This document shows, one piece after another, positions 8,013-10,660 of a stretch of 10,660 nucleotides of DNA (positions are counted from its first letter, which is position 1; each line of letters begins with the position of its first letter). The stretch comes from Octopus sinensis (Eukaryota), in contig NW_021827295.1 in assembly GCF_006345805.1 (NCBI RefSeq), forward strand, positions 1 through 10,660, written 5' to 3'. Made by a program: the position numbers and the translations under genes. The notes beneath the pieces were generated by a model. That model worked only from the letters and a program-made list of their open reading frames with translations. It searched no databases and was not told where the DNA came from.

Positions 8013-8198
8013 TGACGGTAAGGAGAGTGGGGCGCAAACAAAAGCAGAATTAGAAGTAGAATGAGGAAATTGTTTCTGTGAAAGTTCTTCTGACCAATAT
8101 GCTCCTAACGAAACTCGTAATATGTTGTTTACGGAGCGAATGAGAAGAGATACAGACGTTATAAAAAGGCTGAGAAAAGAAGAGGAGTGGACGCTTAG

Positions 8199-8295
8199 AT
8201 GGAGAGAGAGAGAGAGAGAGAGGTTCAAGAGGAGAGCTGATGGAAGATTAAATAATTACATACACACACACACACAACACACATATATATATATT

Positions 8296-8363
<68 letters not shown>

Positions 8364-8410
8364 AATATATATAATATATGTATATATATATATATACACA
8401 TATATATATA
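8199..8410. repeat. (AG)n followed by compound (CA)n-(TA)n-(TG)n-(TA)n
   Basis: Directly visible. Confidence 0.93.
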
Positions 8411-8527
8411 GAGGGAAGAGGGAGAGAGGGGTGTAGAGACAGTTGATAAAAGAGAGATTAGCATCAGAGAGATGATGAACAGTGACGACTGATTGTTTAA
8501 ACAGAGAAACAATAGGTATATGTAAAC

Positions 8528-8650
8528 TGGTGGTGGTGGTGGTGGTGGTGGTGATAGTGATGGCGATGGTAGCGGTGGAAGAGGCGGCGGCGGCGGCGGT
8601 GGTGATTGTTGTGCGTGCGCGTGCGAGCGGCAGCTCGCACGCACCCGCAT

Positions 8651-8693
<43 letters not shown>

Positions 8694-8698
8694 GCACA
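8528..8698. repeat. (GTG)n/(GCG)n tract, GC-rich hairpin and (CA)n
   Basis: GTG/GCG repeats at 8528-8602, a 10-bp stem at 8619-8628/8633-8642, and (CA)n at 8655-8698. Confidence 0.9.
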
Positions 8699-9046
8699 GA
8701 GTTTGATTTTTAACATTTTCATGTGGGAAGAGGAATAATGCCTATAACCTTTGGCAGGCTCTCCAAGATATTTTGAGGTCGATGCGGTTGATGTTCAAAC
8801 AGTATTTGGTAGGCGGGTTTTAAGGAATTCTAGAAGCATCTGGCGATAAAGATTTCGAGGAAGTGTTTAGGAGAAGATTTTGGTGCTATGCAAAACCCCC
8901 CCCCCAAAAAAAAACAGACAATGGGGTTAACTTGGGAGAAGATGCAGGTGTGCTTTGTGAGATAAATAGGGGCTCTTATAAATCTTTCATGCTCACACGA
9001 ATAGTAGTGACAGTACCAGCAGAAGTGCTTATGAGAAGTGATTATA

Positions 9047-9393
9047 AAAGTAAAGGCCCCCTTCGGTCATGAATGACTATGGGATTGCAATTAGAAAGTA
9101 CCCCTCCAAGGTAGAAGTCAGGGTAAGGTTGTTTATGGATCACCAGCAGTCGCCCTTGCATACCTGTCTTTCTTCTCCATGCCACCGATATTGTCCAAGG
9201 GAACGGCAAAGGCCTATACAGCTTGATACCAGTGATATCACAACTCATTTCTACAGCTGAGTGAATTGGAGTAACGTGAAAAATAAAGTATCTTGCTCAA
9301 GAACACAACACATAGCTCGGTCCGGGTATCGAACTCACTATCTCATGATTGTGAGCCCGACACGCTAGCCATCGAGCCATGCGCCTTCACACT
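9047..9393 (-). mobile_element. Full-length tRNA-derived SINE, family B, with a conserved central domain
   Basis: The minus-strand head GTGAAGGCGCATGGCTCGATGG carries an A box, followed by a B box GAGTTCGATACCC and the central GTTGTGTTCTTGAGCAAGATACTTTA...CTCAGCTGTAGAAATG. A 12-bp TSD GAAGTGATTATA lies at 9035-9046 and 9394-9405. Confidence 0.88.
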
Positions 9394-9647
9394 GAAGTGA
9401 TTATATGTAAGTAGCAATAGAAGCGACTACAGTAATAGTAAAAGTGACTAAAGTAGTAGTCAGAATAACTAGGTAGCAGTAGAAGTTTCTATAGGGAACA
9501 GTAGGAATGACTCTCAAGTCAAGACTATTGAAAAGATTGCAAGACACAACGAAAATTTTAGCAAAATAAAAATAAGTGGAAATTTTACCGGTGAGTGTGT
9601 TAAATTATAAGGCAGAAAAAGAAAATGATTCTCCCCAGACACAACAG

Positions 9648-9686
<39 letters not shown>

Positions 9687-9695
9687 ACACACACA
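9648..9695. repeat. (CA)n microsatellite abutting the mariner end
   Basis: Directly visible. Confidence 0.97.
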
Positions 9696-9701
9696 TGTAT
9701 A

Positions 9702-10660
9702 TTAGGTTGTTTCATATGAAATGTCGTATTTGAAAGGTAACAATAAAATGTTTCAGAAGTGTTAGAGAACTTTAATCAAAGTATGATCCATGTTCATTTA
9801 TGACGTTTACCCAACGTTTTGCCTATGCCATATATTCCATCTTTAAAAAAATCATGTTTTGCTGTGATAAGCTGTTCGAATGCTTCAATTACCTCTTCTC
9901 CATTTAAGAATGTTTTATTGCTTATGAAAAGCTCAAAATGCTTAAATAAGTGATGATCAGGAGAGATATCAAGAGTATAGGGAGATGTTGCAAAATCTTG
10001 TAATTCAGGCTTTGAAACTTTTGGACCGTAGCTTGAGGAGTGTGAGGACGTGCATTGCTGTGGAGCAAAATTGGGCCATCTCTATTCACTAGTCTGGGTT
10101 GCTTCTTTTTTAAATTCTCATGCATACAATCAATTTCCTGGCAATACGATGTTGCTGTTATCGTTTTTCCTTGTTGCAAAAATGAATAAGGAATAACTCC
10201 CTTCGCAGACCACCGTACTTTTTTAGGATGCAATGGTGGGTTCGGATAGTGTTTAGGTGACTCTCTTGCATCTAATCACTCTCCTGTTGTTAAAGAGTAT
10301 CCATTTCTCATCACAAGTAATGATCTGATGCAAAAATGGTCTTTTTCCAGTCGAGAAAGTAATACGGAGCACACTTCGAGGCGTCTGTTTTTTTAATCTT
10401 GTTCAGTTGATGTGGAACAAACCTATCCGTTTTCTTGACTTTTCCAATATTTTACAGGTATACACAGACAGTTGTGTGAGATGTTTGGAGTTCTGATGAA
10501 AGTTTTTGAACTTTTGTTCTCGGATTTTGTTCAACCAAAGCATTTAATCCATTATGCCAAATAACTGACTTTGGACTACCCCCTGGTTTATTTTCAAGGC
10601 TATCATCTCCAGAACGAGTGCTTTGGAACCATCTCTGAACAGGTCTGATGCCAACAAAAC
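9702..10660 (-). mobile_element. Decayed mariner (Tc1/mariner, DD34D) transposon; 3' TIR present, 5' part beyond the window
   Basis: TA at 9700-9701 is followed by TTAGGTTGTTTCATATGAAATG, resembling the TA|TTAGGTTG end of Hsmar1-type mariners. Transposase motifs lie on the minus strand. Confidence 0.95.
9772..10660 (-). pseudogene. Mariner transposase pseudogene (partial)
   Basis: Piecewise translation gives QRWF...SGDDSLE, FVPHQL (WVPHEL motif), IITCDEKW (10301-10318, first catalytic D), HPKKV, LLHSNARPH (10042-10062, second D changed to S), PYTLDISP-DHHLF (YSPDLAPSD motif, frameshifted) and RWVNVINEHGSYFD* (stop at 9772-9774). Several frameshifts, small deletions and internal stops. Confidence 0.93.

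Noticed and set aside
4018-9696. Numerous Y/I/C/V/H/T-rich ORFs (4018-4716, 6650-7032, 7847-8722, 9514-9696)
   Set aside because: They are translations of di- and trinucleotide repeats.
9922-10233. 103-aa ORF as an intact CDS
   Set aside because: It is an internal fragment of the broken mariner transposase that shifts out of frame after ILQH.

Overview
Repeat-saturated, AT-rich, non-coding eukaryotic DNA (intergenic or intronic). The SINE families, the microsatellite density and the mariner copy look like a coleoid cephalopod, most likely Octopus; this is inferred from recalled repeat sequences, not from a search. I find no intact protein-coding gene, no true tRNA/rRNA gene and no CRISPR array, and nearly every ORF in the track comes from microsatellites or SINEs. 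Supported content: a probable non-autonomous Helitron 5' end (1-248, -); three full-length tRNA-derived SINEs with target-site duplications (3539-3935 -, 5746-6130 +, 9047-9393 -), the first two being about 95% identical and inverted relative to each other; several SINE fragments, including two SINE heads fused into a 56-bp-arm hairpin (5607-5721); a 192-bp tandem duplication (1336-1527 / 1630-1822); a decayed DD34D mariner running off the right edge (9702-10660, -); and many compound microsatellites. The most interesting items are the fold-back SINE heads, the inverted SINE pair (a potential dsRNA/ADAR substrate), and a CCAAT box plus Kozak ATG ahead of a broken frame weakly resembling the DWNN domain of RBBP6/Snama/Mpe1. 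I cannot support a new biological system from this window.
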